From Camelus ferus (Eukaryota): 64,000 bases of DNA. The notes beneath the pieces are model-generated. The model saw nothing but the letters and a program-made list of their open reading frames with translations, had not been told where the DNA came from and did no database searches. Made by a program: the position numbers and the translations under genes. The stretch covers positions 113,028,001 to 113,092,000 of the forward strand of contig NC_045697.1 of assembly GCF_009834535.1 (NCBI RefSeq), written 5' to 3'. Positions 1 to 10,560 of the stretch are shown here, in pieces (the first letter of the stretch is position 1; each line of letters begins with the position of its first letter).

Positions 1-21
1 AGCTTTATCTGCATGTAACAG

Positions 22-210
22 CAGGGGTTGATCATTCCTGCTTAAATGGCAGGACAGTAACATGCTAGGCTTTGAGGGCCACGTGGTTGGTCCATCCCAA
101 CTACTCATCTCTGCCTTTGTGGTCTCAAAGCAGCTGCGAACAACATGAAACGAATGGGCATAGCTGCTTTCCAGTGAGGCAAACTGTTTTTATAAAAGCA
201 AGTGGGTAGG
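22..210. mobile_element. MER58-like hAT-Charlie DNA transposon remnant
   Basis: CAGGGGTTG start and internal motifs (aggctttgagggccac; caactactcatctctgcc; aatgggcatagctg) resemble MER58 by eye. Confidence 0.6.
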
Positions 211-254
211 CACTTAACCCAACAGAGCAGATCTGGAAAAGAGCCACAAACTAT

Positions 255-1085
255 AAACACTCCAAATAACCATCAACCTGTAAGTGGATAAACACACTGC
301 ACAGCCATACAACGTAATACTACTCAGTAATAATGGAGAAGGACAACTAAAATATGCAATAACATGGATAAACTTCACAAATACTATGCAAACAGAAAAA
401 AGCTAGCATAAAAAACTGCCTACAGCATGACTGCATTTATATGAAACATTAGAAAGACAAATCTCATCCATCAAGATACAGAGCAAATCTACAGAAACAA
501 TAAAAAGATCATGGTTTCCAGGGGTTTGGGGAGAGGGAGGGAGGGATGAATAGACCGAGCACAGGGGCTTTTAGGGCAATGAAATTATTCTGTATGATAC
601 TATAGTGGTGGCTACATGTCATTATGCGTTTGTCAAAGCTCATAGAATGTACAACATCAAGAGTGAGCCCTAATGTGAACTATGGACTTTGGTTGAGAAC
701 AATGTGTCGCTGTTGGTTCATCGATTGTACCAAATATGCCTCACCAATGTGGGATGCTGAAGGTAGGGGAGGATGTATGTGTGGGTGGGGAGGGCTATGT
801 GCAAACTCTGTTTTCTGCACAATTCTGCTGTAAACCCTAAACTGCTCTAAAAATTAAGTCTATTAAAAAAAAAAAAAAACAGATACAGAGCAAATCAACG
901 GGTGTCTAAGGCTAGGGGTGGAGGGTGGAGAACTGACTGGGAAGATCTTTAGAAGGATGAAAACGCACTCTACGTCTGCTGATCACGGTGGCTGCACTAT
1001 GTATTACCAAAACTCAAACTCTGTACGCTTGTAATATGTCTATTTTGTCATATATTATTTATACCTCAAAGTTGATTTAAAAAAA
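255..1085 (+). mobile_element. Old L1M 3' end remnant, interrupted by a younger L1 3' fragment
   Basis: L1 3'UTR motifs (tggataaac, aatactactcag, catggataaacttc) and an A-rich end near 1079. Confidence 0.65.
490..880 (+). mobile_element. 5'-truncated L1 (L1MC-like) 3' end with polyA tail and 16-bp TSD
   Basis: AGATACAGAGCAAATC at 474-489 and 881-896; A-run 865-879; ccctaatgtgaactatggactttgg motif typical of L1MC 3' ends. Confidence 0.8.
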
Positions 1086-1949
1086 AAAGAAAGAACACTT
1101 CATAACCAGGTAGAAAAAGGCTTTGAGGAGAATTCATTCCTTTTGAATCAGCCTGGAAGGAAGAGTCCACTTACAAGTCAAGTTTGCCATTGTTCTGAAT
1201 GAACTCAACGGCACCTAAATTACAGTGGTGTCAGCTGAGATGAAGAGAAGAGAGATTTGAGATTAATCCTCAAAAACAGTTGTTTCCTAGTTGTTACCCA
1301 TTATGCTTAGTTTCTGTGTTAATTTTCCATATTAAGTCATTTTCACTGGTATCTAGAGTTCTTTGCTACATACCTAGCAGGACAGAATAGGACAGTACGC
1401 AGCCACAAAATGTTGCTATGCTGAGAAGTCATAAAATAAAGCTAAAATCATGATACAGAATAACTACTTGCCTGTAAACTGCCCATCAATTGAAATGCAC
1501 TAGTCTTCAAACTGTACCAGTTTCTTTCAACAGGAACAGAAGCAGTATTTCATATAATCCTGAATCAGCATGTTCAAACGCTAAAGATGAAGAACGCCTG
1601 ACTCTTTTCCACGCTGCTCTGCGCCCCTGCCGTGTCTTTAGGTCATTAGAGTCCATCTCTGAGGGTCAACCTGATGAATCCAGAAGTTCGAGTCTGTGCC
1701 CTCTTCCTCCGGTCAAAGGCACTGCCCCTAGCAAATACCCTCCCCGATCTTCCCCTAAAAACGAAACTTAGGAACTGGCACAAAGAGTCCCGGGTTCTGT
1801 GTTAATGTGCAGAGACCAGATACTCCAGCCCACCTGGGTACTCTTCCTCCTTAGGCAGGCAGGCACCACGAGGAGGTGGTAATACCTAAGACGGCCCCCA
1901 GTGCTGCTGCTTACTGCTTTGACAGTCATGGCCCTGTCTTCCCTGAGTG

Positions 1950-2390
1950 TGGCTGGACCTAGTGACTCACCTCTAACGAGTGAGACGGTGCAACAGCGAT
2001 GCATGTCATTTGGAAATTATGTTACAAACACTGTCTTCCATCCTGGTCACCCCCGCTCTCTCTGTCTCAGAGCCTTTGCTCTGGGGGAGTCACACTGCCA
2101 TGCTGTAAGCAGCCCTATGAAGAGGCTCACGTGGCAAGGAACTGACATCTCCAGCCAATGGCCAGCCAAGACTGAGGTCTATCCATTGCTGTATGAATAG
2201 CCTGTCAGCAAAACCTTTTCCTATCAAGCTCTGAGATGAATGCAGCCCCAGCCAACACCTTGATTGTAACCTTGCAGGACACCGAGCCAATGCACCTAGG
2301 TAAGTGGCACTGGGATTCCTGACTGAAAAACTTTGTTTCACACTGCTGAGCCGTAGGATAGTTTCTTACGCAGTGATAGATAACTAAAAC
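1950..2390 (+). mobile_element. MLT1-type (MaLR) LTR
   Basis: gccatgctgtaagcagccctatgaagaggctcacgtggcaaggaactga ... cagccccagccaacaccttgattg ... gcagtgatagataactaaaaca. Confidence 0.75.
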
Positions 2391-2685
2391 AGTAGCTGAT
2401 AACTGCTGTTTATTTCTAAGAAGCCACAGGCACCTGACGTTCAAGTTAAGGCCTGATGGCACCTTTTCTATCATCCTGCTTACAGTTGCCCCAACAGTCT
2501 GAGGATCTTGTCACCAACCATCTCTTGAAAATATGCAACTCACCATTTCTGCCTTGCTAGACATACTGCTGTAGGGCAGGGGCCCAGCAGCATCTCGGGA
2601 CACTCTCCGTGACCACGCTCCCGCTTGTTTAAGTAGGACTCGTGGTCCCTGCTGCCGCTGCTCAAAAAGCTGACACTTATGACAG

Positions 2686-2780
2686 GTTTCATGAAATGTC
2701 AGACACTACTAAATGCCCGTTTCATAAAATGTCAGACACTACTAAATGCCTGTTTCGTAAAATGTCAGACGCTACTAAAA
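2686..2780. repeat. 33-bp tandem repeat, about 3 copies
   Basis: GTTTCATGAAATGTCAGACACTACTAAATGCCC-like units start at 2686, 2719 and 2752. Confidence 0.9.
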
Positions 2781-4249
2781 CTACATGTGTTTGCTTCTGG
2801 CGCTATGACTGCCACAAGGGTGACTTCTTTAAAATACATGAGAAAAAAGAGAACACTCCATCTGTTTGGAACGCTGCCCAAGAAGAAAAGAATTAAATGA
2901 TGTCTTTCAACTCTGTACTATTAAAATAGAGCCATGGCCAACAACAGAACTTCTTTAGGACAAGTTTTAAATGTGAGGTTAGCAATGTTGTTCTGTTTTA
3001 TCCTTCCATGATTCTTCTATAATGTTGACTGTAAATCAACATTAAATCAATCCATAAGCTCCTGAATATACTTGACAACATACAAACATCACAAATATTT
3101 ACAGTGAAGCAAAGTACTCAGTCATAGTCTAAAGCATTATTTCCTAAAATACTGCATGCATACCACTACATAAGGTGTGTACTATGTAAGCCAATTTTCA
3201 GGCAGTTCATATACACAGAATTGAACAATCTGTAATCAAATGGTAATAAGCAAGTTACCTTTCCCCTCATTTTCTTTAGATCCTTTCCAATTACATTAAG
3301 GAGAAAACTTAGCTTAATGTTAGTTTATTTTACAAGTCTTCCAACCTTTGCTAATCTTTCCATCAAAAATAAGTAACCACGCCTCGAGCTCAAATCATTC
3401 GGGGAAGGCAACAGTATCTAGTTGGTTTCAACAGAGATAAAATGTCTCCTTTAAAAACAATAATAGTCAAGGGTAAAAGATTTCTAAAGAATGTAAATTA
3501 AAGAACATGATAGATCAGTGCCTGAACCAGAAGCAACATGACTAGAAACTTGCCAGAAATGCAAACCCTTCTGAATGGAAACCTCTGGGCGTGAGGCCCA
3601 CAAACTGTTTCAGCACTCCTGACAGGTGTGCCTCATGCACACTGAAGTTTGTGAAGCAGTGGTACAGGTGATGGAAAAATCATGCAAGCAGCATATGTCA
3701 AAAAGATACAGCAAAATTCATCAGAGTGATACGTAAGTAACTGAAGCTTGAAAATTACTGTTTTAAAGCAATAAAATCATTATAACAAACTTTAACGTAA
3801 AAAGACCCTCCCTTACAAAAAAAAAAAAAAAAAAAAAAGAAAATTTGACTACACTATCATAGCAGTTGACTACTTTTTTCAAGAAAACTTCTAGTCACAT
3901 AATTTGTGAGCCAGCTAAGCCCTCCTGGTCTTGGGCAAGGAATCAACTTGCAACAGTGAAAGTGCTGGCTTCTTTCTGTCAGCCAGTGTGCAGATGCATC
4001 CAGTGCCATTAAAATCATCAAACTGATGCTTTCCACTTTGCCTTCATAACTTCATTTTAAGGGACTTCTTGTTTTCATAGCAGTTCCTGGGGACCCTCAA
4101 AGGCCAGAGATGGAGGGGAGAACAGGCAAATTACACAGTGTGTGCTGCTGACCAGAGAAGGGGGGACCAAGGGACAAGGAGACAAGAAAAGAAGAGGTGT
4201 TACATACGTATTTTGTTTTCCTAGGAAGAAAATTTTCCTATGAATCCTT

Positions 4250-6320
4250 CACATCAAGAATATAGGCCAACTTTCAGAATGGCAGAATCAGAACTTACAA
4301 AAATCTGCTCCCCCACAGGGGCCAAGAGAGCACTGACAAAGCCTGTCAAAATCAACTTTTTAGAAGTATAGAAATGAAAGGCTTGCAGCAATCCAAGGAG
4401 CATTTACTCGAGAAAAATGACCCAATCTCAGTAAGGACAGCAAATCTGGGGTGTTTATACCCCATCCCCCTCTTCCCAGCTCTGGACCAGCAACTCCTCC
4501 TAGCAGCCACCAGGACAGACACAACAGGATGGGAGCTCCCCAAAAGTTCACCCTGAGAACTGTCGCCATTTGGCCCAGCCGGCAGCACACTGAAAAGCTC
4601 CATTCTCAGTTACTCTGCTTTTATTTAATCTAACTCAGAGCTCTCTGTGGAAGCAGCCCTCCCCCCAGGTTGCTCCTCAAAAACAAATCGGCAGCAACTA
4701 ACACAGCAGCCGCCTGAGTGATGTTACCAGTTAGGGGCTAACAAAAGGCTGACCAAAACATTAAAAGGAAAAACTAAGAAATGGAAGGCTGATAGAGGGC
4801 TTTGAAAAACTAGCTTCAACATACTCGCAGGAATGGTGTATTCAGGACTGTGTTCACGCCAAGGAAAGATCTGAGAAGGTCCTATTTTCTCACCTCTGGA
4901 CAACCATGAGGCTCTTCAAATGGAAATGAAGTCTATAAACTGCCTACTGGAGTATCGGAAGCATGTCCAACAGACTAACAGAGCCCCTCAGCAAACATTG
5001 AGAAACTTATTAAAGGAACTTAAAGAAATCACTGCCTAAATATTAGCTGGCCACTAACTGAGCAGAAGCTTCAAAGGTCACACACAACAAACAGACTTTA
5101 CAAAATCAGTCCAGGAAAGTCACAAAGCAAACAGCAACAGCAAAACAACAGTGAACCTGATCAAGGATAGGGGTAGGTCATATGTGATTAACAGGACTGT
5201 CAGACTGCAATATTTAAAATGTCCAGTTTTGAACAAAAAATTAGGAGACACAAAGAAACAGGAAAGTATGGCCCATACTCGGGGGTTAAAAATAGCATAC
5301 AATAGAAACTGTTCCTGAAGAACTCCAGAGGTTTGGACCTACTGGACAAAGACGAGCAAACATAAGAATAAGTCAGGGGAAATTATCCAACCTGAGCAAC
5401 GGAAAGTAAAAAGAGAAAAATTAAGTCTCAGAGGCCTAGGGGGACACCACAAAGCACACCAACATATGCATAATGGGAGTCACAGAAGGGGAGGACAGAG
5501 AGGACAGAAAGGATATTTGAGAAAATGGCCCAAAACTTCCCAATTTGATGAAAAACATTAATTATACACCCAAGAAGCTTAACAAACTCCGTGTAGGATG
5601 AACTCAGAGATCCACACCTAGGCATATCATTGTCAAACTATTCAAAGACAAAGAGGACATCTTGAAAACATCAGGAGAAAAGTGATTCATCGCACACAAA
5701 GGATCCTCAGTAAGATTAACAGCTGACTTCTTATCAGAACCATAGAAGCCAGAAGGCTGAGGGATGACAGATTCCAAGTGTTCAAGGAAGACTGAAATTC
5801 TATACACAGTGAAACTTTAAAATGAAGCACAATCCTGTAGAAGCAAAGGAAAAATTGAAGGCATTCTCAGATGAACAAAAATGAGAGAATCTGTTGCTTG
5901 CAGACCTGCCCTACAAGAAACACTAAAGGGAGCTTTCTGGCTGAAATGAAAGGATGGTAGATAGCAATTTGAATCCACATGAAAAAATAAGAAGCCCCAG
6001 TGAAAATGTAATCCCATAGGTAGATATAAAAGACAGTCTGAACGTATTTTTGTTTGTAACACTTTTCTTGTCCTAATTTAAGACAACTGCATAAAAACAA
6101 TAATTAGGAAACTGTGTTTATGCACTTACAATATATAAAGATATAATTTAGTGGACATTAATAGTACAAAGGAGGGGGTCAGAATGGAGTTATGGTAGAG
6201 CAAATTCTTTTGACTACTACTGAAATTAACTTGACTTTCATCCGAACTAGATTGTTTTAAGTTTTAAGATATTAGTTGTAACTTCCAAAGCAACTATTAA
6301 TAACTCAAGAAAAAATAATA
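4250..6320 (+). mobile_element. L1 5'UTR and degraded ORF1 in TMA16 intron 2 (antisense to TMA16)
   Basis: Near 5695 translates to HKGSSVRLTADFLSE (L1 ORF1 YKGxxIRLTADxS motif); cagacctgccctacaagaaa near 5900 is the ORF1 C-terminal motif. Confidence 0.8.
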
Positions 6321-6329
6321 CAGTGATCT

Positions 6330-6990
6330 CCACTTTACTAAATGATCTCATTACTAAATCAAATTACTAAATCAATTCTCAGCTCTAATCTTAGTAGCAA
6401 ATGCCATCCACTGATCACTATTTTCTCTCTGAAATGCTACCTTCTTTTTTCACCTCCTCAGTCTAACCTGTTGGAGCCTCTTTCTTTCTCCAACCTCTAA
6501 ATGGTGGAGGGCCTCCGGACTGGACCCTTGGCACCCTCTCTTTCTTATCTTACTCATTAGTTAAGTGGTCTTATCCAGTCTGATGATTTGTAGTTCCAGA
6601 TAGATGCTGATGACTCCCAAATTTGTGTCCCTATCTGTGACCTATCCTCTGATCACTAGACCCAACATATCCCACTGCCCATTCTGTATCTCATCTTCTA
6701 CATCTAAGAAGCACTTTAACCTATACACCTGATAAATGTCCACACAGCTCACTGTCTCACATCTTACAGTTCTCTGCTAAAGTGTAACATCTTCAGAGAA
6801 GCCTTCTATGACTAGCCTATGTAAGACAGAACCTCCCCCTCACTCTCCAACCCATAATCCTTTTCAATTTTTCTTCACTGCACTCATCACAATCTATTTA
6901 TATTCATGTATCTGTTTTAGGTAAACTCTAAGAGCTGAATCCTTATTCATGGTTTTCCCTGGGCACAGGACATTATTTATTTATTGAAGG
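6330..6990 (+). mobile_element. L2 LINE remnant
   Basis: gatgctgatgactcccaaattt (degenerate RT YADD region) near 6603; L2 3' motifs catcttcagagaagccttct. Confidence 0.65.
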
Positions 6991-7071
6991 AAGAAGGGCA
7001 TACTGATCAAGAATAAGCACGTAAGAGAGATTTTCACCAATGCATAATATAAACAATGAAAAGATACTTAC

Positions 7072-7184
7072 TTTTCCTTTTTTTCTTGTTTGTGAGCCTG
7101 TCTTGTAATTTGAGCTGCTTTTCTGCTATATGGATGGATGACTTTTTTTTCCTGTCTTCCATTTTTTCCCTTTGGTGCTTTAGG
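7072..7184 (-). CDS. TMA16: Translation machinery-associated protein 16, coding exon 2 (113 bp)
   Basis: Minus strand: ttttag|CCT AAA GCA CCA AAG ... GAA AA|gtaagt; translates to [37 protein letters not shown](K), the TMA16 N-terminus; joins in frame to the ATG-only exon 1. Confidence 0.97.
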
Positions 7185-7269
7185 CTAAAATGTAGAAAAA
7201 CATATAACATAGTCAGATACATAAATGACTTCTGTCAAAAACTTTTCTTTGGAAATAAAAATTTAAAAT

Positions 7270-7332
7270 ATGCAGATTTTTGACTGCTGAGCGTCAGTGC
7301 CCCTAGCCTCCACAGTGTTCAAGGGTCAACTG
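7270..7332 (+). mobile_element. MER8/Tigger right-end fragment
   Basis: Ends in TIR gttcaagggtcaactg followed by TA; same TIR as the element at 62393-62629. Confidence 0.7.
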
Positions 7333-8879
7333 TATTCAGAACTATTCTCCAATGATGTAAGAAAATAAAGGCACGGAAACGGTCAATAAACCCAGTTCCT
7401 CAACTGTTCCATCTTCAAAGCAGATACAGAGAGTGCAGACTGTGAGAAGACTCACACAGCTGGAAACTAAGAAAGTTACAGGGGGCAGCAGAAGGAACAC
7501 AGGATGTTAATGGGAGCCTGACTGTAGAAGCTGTGCATGGAACAGGGTAGGCAGCAAATAAAGCAAAATCAAAGTTGGGCTCATAGGAAATTAGGGGCAG
7601 AGGAAATAGATAAGCCATCTCAAAATCAGCACTTCCAAAAGGGAGCAAATTATTTTCCCATTCAAGCCTTAGGCCAGTTAACTAGGTCCTCTAAACCAGC
7701 TGTCTGCAGTTCAATAATTTTTTTTTATTCCTACATAATTCTGTCTCTTATACCTGACCTATATTATTGAGGAATTTTGTTTGGCTCCCTGTAATAGAAA
7801 GCCAAAACAATAATGGCTTAACCCAGATGAAGTTTAGCCCTCTCATGTAAAAAGCAGGAGCTGGAGGCTCCACTCCACAAAGCCCTGAGATCCAGACTCC
7901 CTCCATCCTGTGATTTACCATCCCTGGACTGTAACCTCATATATATCCATATAATTCAAAATGGCTTAACACCAGGTCTACAGTCCAGCCAGTGAAAAGC
8001 AAAGAAAAACTTTGTTATATAAAAAGGAAGATTCTATAAGGGAAAATATTAAATACAATCTTTATTCTCAGGAAAAAATACATGATTAGAGACGAAAAAC
8101 AAAGAGGCTATTAGGGGACAGCTGGGAGTCTAACATACCCAATCCTTGAAAAGGTCAAGTGTTTCTAAAATATTCTCTTCAAAACTGTCACTGTCTTAAA
8201 ATGCAGTGATCTTTTATGATTAGGTTGGCCTGTAGGTTCTCACTGCAAGTCCTCTTTTCACGGGAAGTTACAATGTTTATCTTTCTAGACACGAGTTAGT
8301 ACAGTCCTTCTTCTCTGCTAGAGTTCCACTCGCTCAGTTATGTCCTCAGTCCTAAACATGGAAAACAATCCACCCAACCTGCTTCTCCAACACTGTTCCC
8401 CGTTCTTCAAAAGACCCTTCATCCCATTCTTACTACCTCCTCACCATTTCCAGAACATAGCTTGTTTTATTACTTCTTGAGATTGTATTTGTTGTTACCT
8501 CTGCCTGCAAACTCTTTTTCCTTACTTGTCCTTTGATAAGACACAGCTCAAAGTCACTTTGTAAAACTCTCCAGGCAGAGTTAATTAAAATGACTACCTC
8601 ATTCACACATGTATTCATGTCTTCCACAAATATTTACTAAAATATTCAGTAAGTATCTACTGTTCACTTCTTGATAAATCTGACCAGAGAAGACTAAACT
8701 CCAGGTCTGAAATCCAGGATGTCCCTGGGAGTTGGTTACAGGCAGAGGAGTACAAAGAGTGAAACCATCACAGAAGAGTATGTGCGTTCTTTTGAGTGTC
8801 TCTGCACACATCAAAGTGAGGAAGGAAGGAGAAAGAAAGGTGCGATAAGGCATTTTTGTGCATGCAGTTCACCTGGCAA

Positions 8880-9472
8880 GAATAAATCAAGTAAAAACTT
8901 TCAGAACCATGCTAGGTTGCCTCTAAGATGCCCCCAATGAACCCCACCTCCTGATACCTATGCTCGTGTGAAATCCCCTTCTCTTGAGCATGGGCTGGAC
9001 CTGGTGGCTCACTTCACTGACAAACATTTGGCAAAAGCAATGAATATCAATCCCAAGGTTAGGTTATGAAAGGACTCCGGTTTCCTCTTGCCCACTCTCT
9101 CCATTGCTCTCTCAATTCCCTCTGATGGAAACAGCTGTCTTGCAGTCTGCTGCCCTATGGAGAGGCCTATGTGACCAGTAACTGAGGGAGGTCCCAGCCA
9201 ACAGCCAGTGAAGAACTGAGACCCTTGGTCCAACAGTCCACAAAGAGCTGAATCCTACCAAGAACCATGTGAGTGAGCTGGGAAGTGGATCCTCCCCAGT
9301 CGTGCCTTGAGATGAAACCACAGCTTTAGGTCATACCTTGACAGCGACCTTGTGAGAAATCTTGCAGAGAATCTAGGTAAGGAATGCCTGATCTATGACC
9401 CACAAAAACTGTGATAATTCTGTGTTTTAAGCTGATAAATTGTGAGATAGCTTGTTAAAGAGGTAACTAATG
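8880..9472 (+). mobile_element. MLT1-type (MaLR) LTR
   Basis: ctctaagatgcccccaatga ... tgccctatggagaggcct ... gtgagtgagctgggaagtggatcctccccag ... aactaatgca. Confidence 0.75.
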
Positions 9473-10023
9473 CAAAACCAAAAAAAAAAAGCAAACATAT
9501 CTTTGAAAAGATAGCTTTATTCTATATATTCCCACAAATAAAATGCTTTAAAAAAGTGAAAAAAAGTCACAAAAACCTCAAGAAAAAGAGAGTCTCTGAA
9601 GCTGTAAAACTTAAGTTACAGAACTGCATAATATCATTACAGCAGTATGTCCCAGTCTATAAAAAATTTCTTTTAAAGACTTAAAAACTTTTTGATAGTG
9701 TTGAGGGTTAGGGATTTGAAAGATTTGTGAAATCAAAAACTTTATATTGGCACATTTCACTATATTTTTATTGTATACAGATATAAACACAAAAAGAAAG
9801 AGGTAAGAAAAAATTACCATTAGACAATAATGGAGAAAATGACATTTTAGTTACAGCCCTCTCCTCTGACAACCCCCCTCCTTCCCACCGACACTGACCA
9901 GATAGACTAATCCAGGATGTCAGTTGCTGGCTGGGTTCCAGGTGGAATGTTGGGGTGACCCTGGGGCTTGTTGTGGCTGGTGGCTCCACGGTAACTGGGC
10001 AGAGCCCTGGGTGGATCAGTGCC

Positions 10024-10560
10024 CTGGAGGGGCTGCTGTCCTCTGTGAAGCTTGGCTTTGGGCAGGTTCTTAGGAAGCTGAGTGTGGTCCCGGTGTTGCT
10101 GCTGCCCAATGGCCTGTGTTCTCAGCTCATGTTCCAGAGCCTCCGCTGGGAGACAGCGTTGAGGTCTGTCCTCACCTTGTTGGTGGTTACTTGCAGACTT
10201 ATTCAGTCTGTTAGAAGTCAACTTAATGGAAGACATGAAAAGCAACTGGCAAAAACACCGGCTGCACAGTTTGAGGAGAAATGCCACTTCATTGACAAGC
10301 TCTGTGTGGCTAAAAAGGAGCGCGCCAGGATGGAGACAACTGTAAAGAAGGCCAGGCTAGAGGAGGAGCCGGTAAACACACCCAGCCTCGCTGACACTTC
10401 TAGAAAGTTGATGACGGTCAACCTGGTTCGAGGAAGGAAATCAATTTTCTCATCCGAGAACTAAAGAAAGAGAGATCCCTGCAGTCTATACGTTAAGAGA
10501 TGGCGGAGCTGCTAAAGTGCTCAAGTTCCTGGAGGAGCTCACAAGAATCAGCACATCACA
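10024..10560 (+). pseudogene. cTAGE5/MIA2-family processed retrocopy (N-terminal TM and first coiled-coil region), disrupted
   Basis: Peptide QSVRSQLNGRHEKQLAK...EEKCHFIDKL..KKE resembles cTAGE5 RSVRSRLYVGREKKLA...EEKSKLLEKF..QKE; after a frameshift near 10430 it reads KEINFLIRELKKERS (cf. DEILCLEKELKEEKS); stop at 10494-10496, then EMAELLK/VLKFLEE; no introns; AATAAA at 11269 and 11276 with an A-run at 11293-11300. Confidence 0.8.

Noticed and set aside
2642..2900. CRISPR-like or peptide-repeat ORF at the 33-bp repeat
   Set aside because: Units are head-to-tail without unique spacers, in a mammalian intron; this is a minisatellite
1..7071. TMA16 exon 3 and later exons
   Set aside because: No sequence encoding LKNEKALRLNL or KLQWFQ was found; these exons probably lie beyond the left edge
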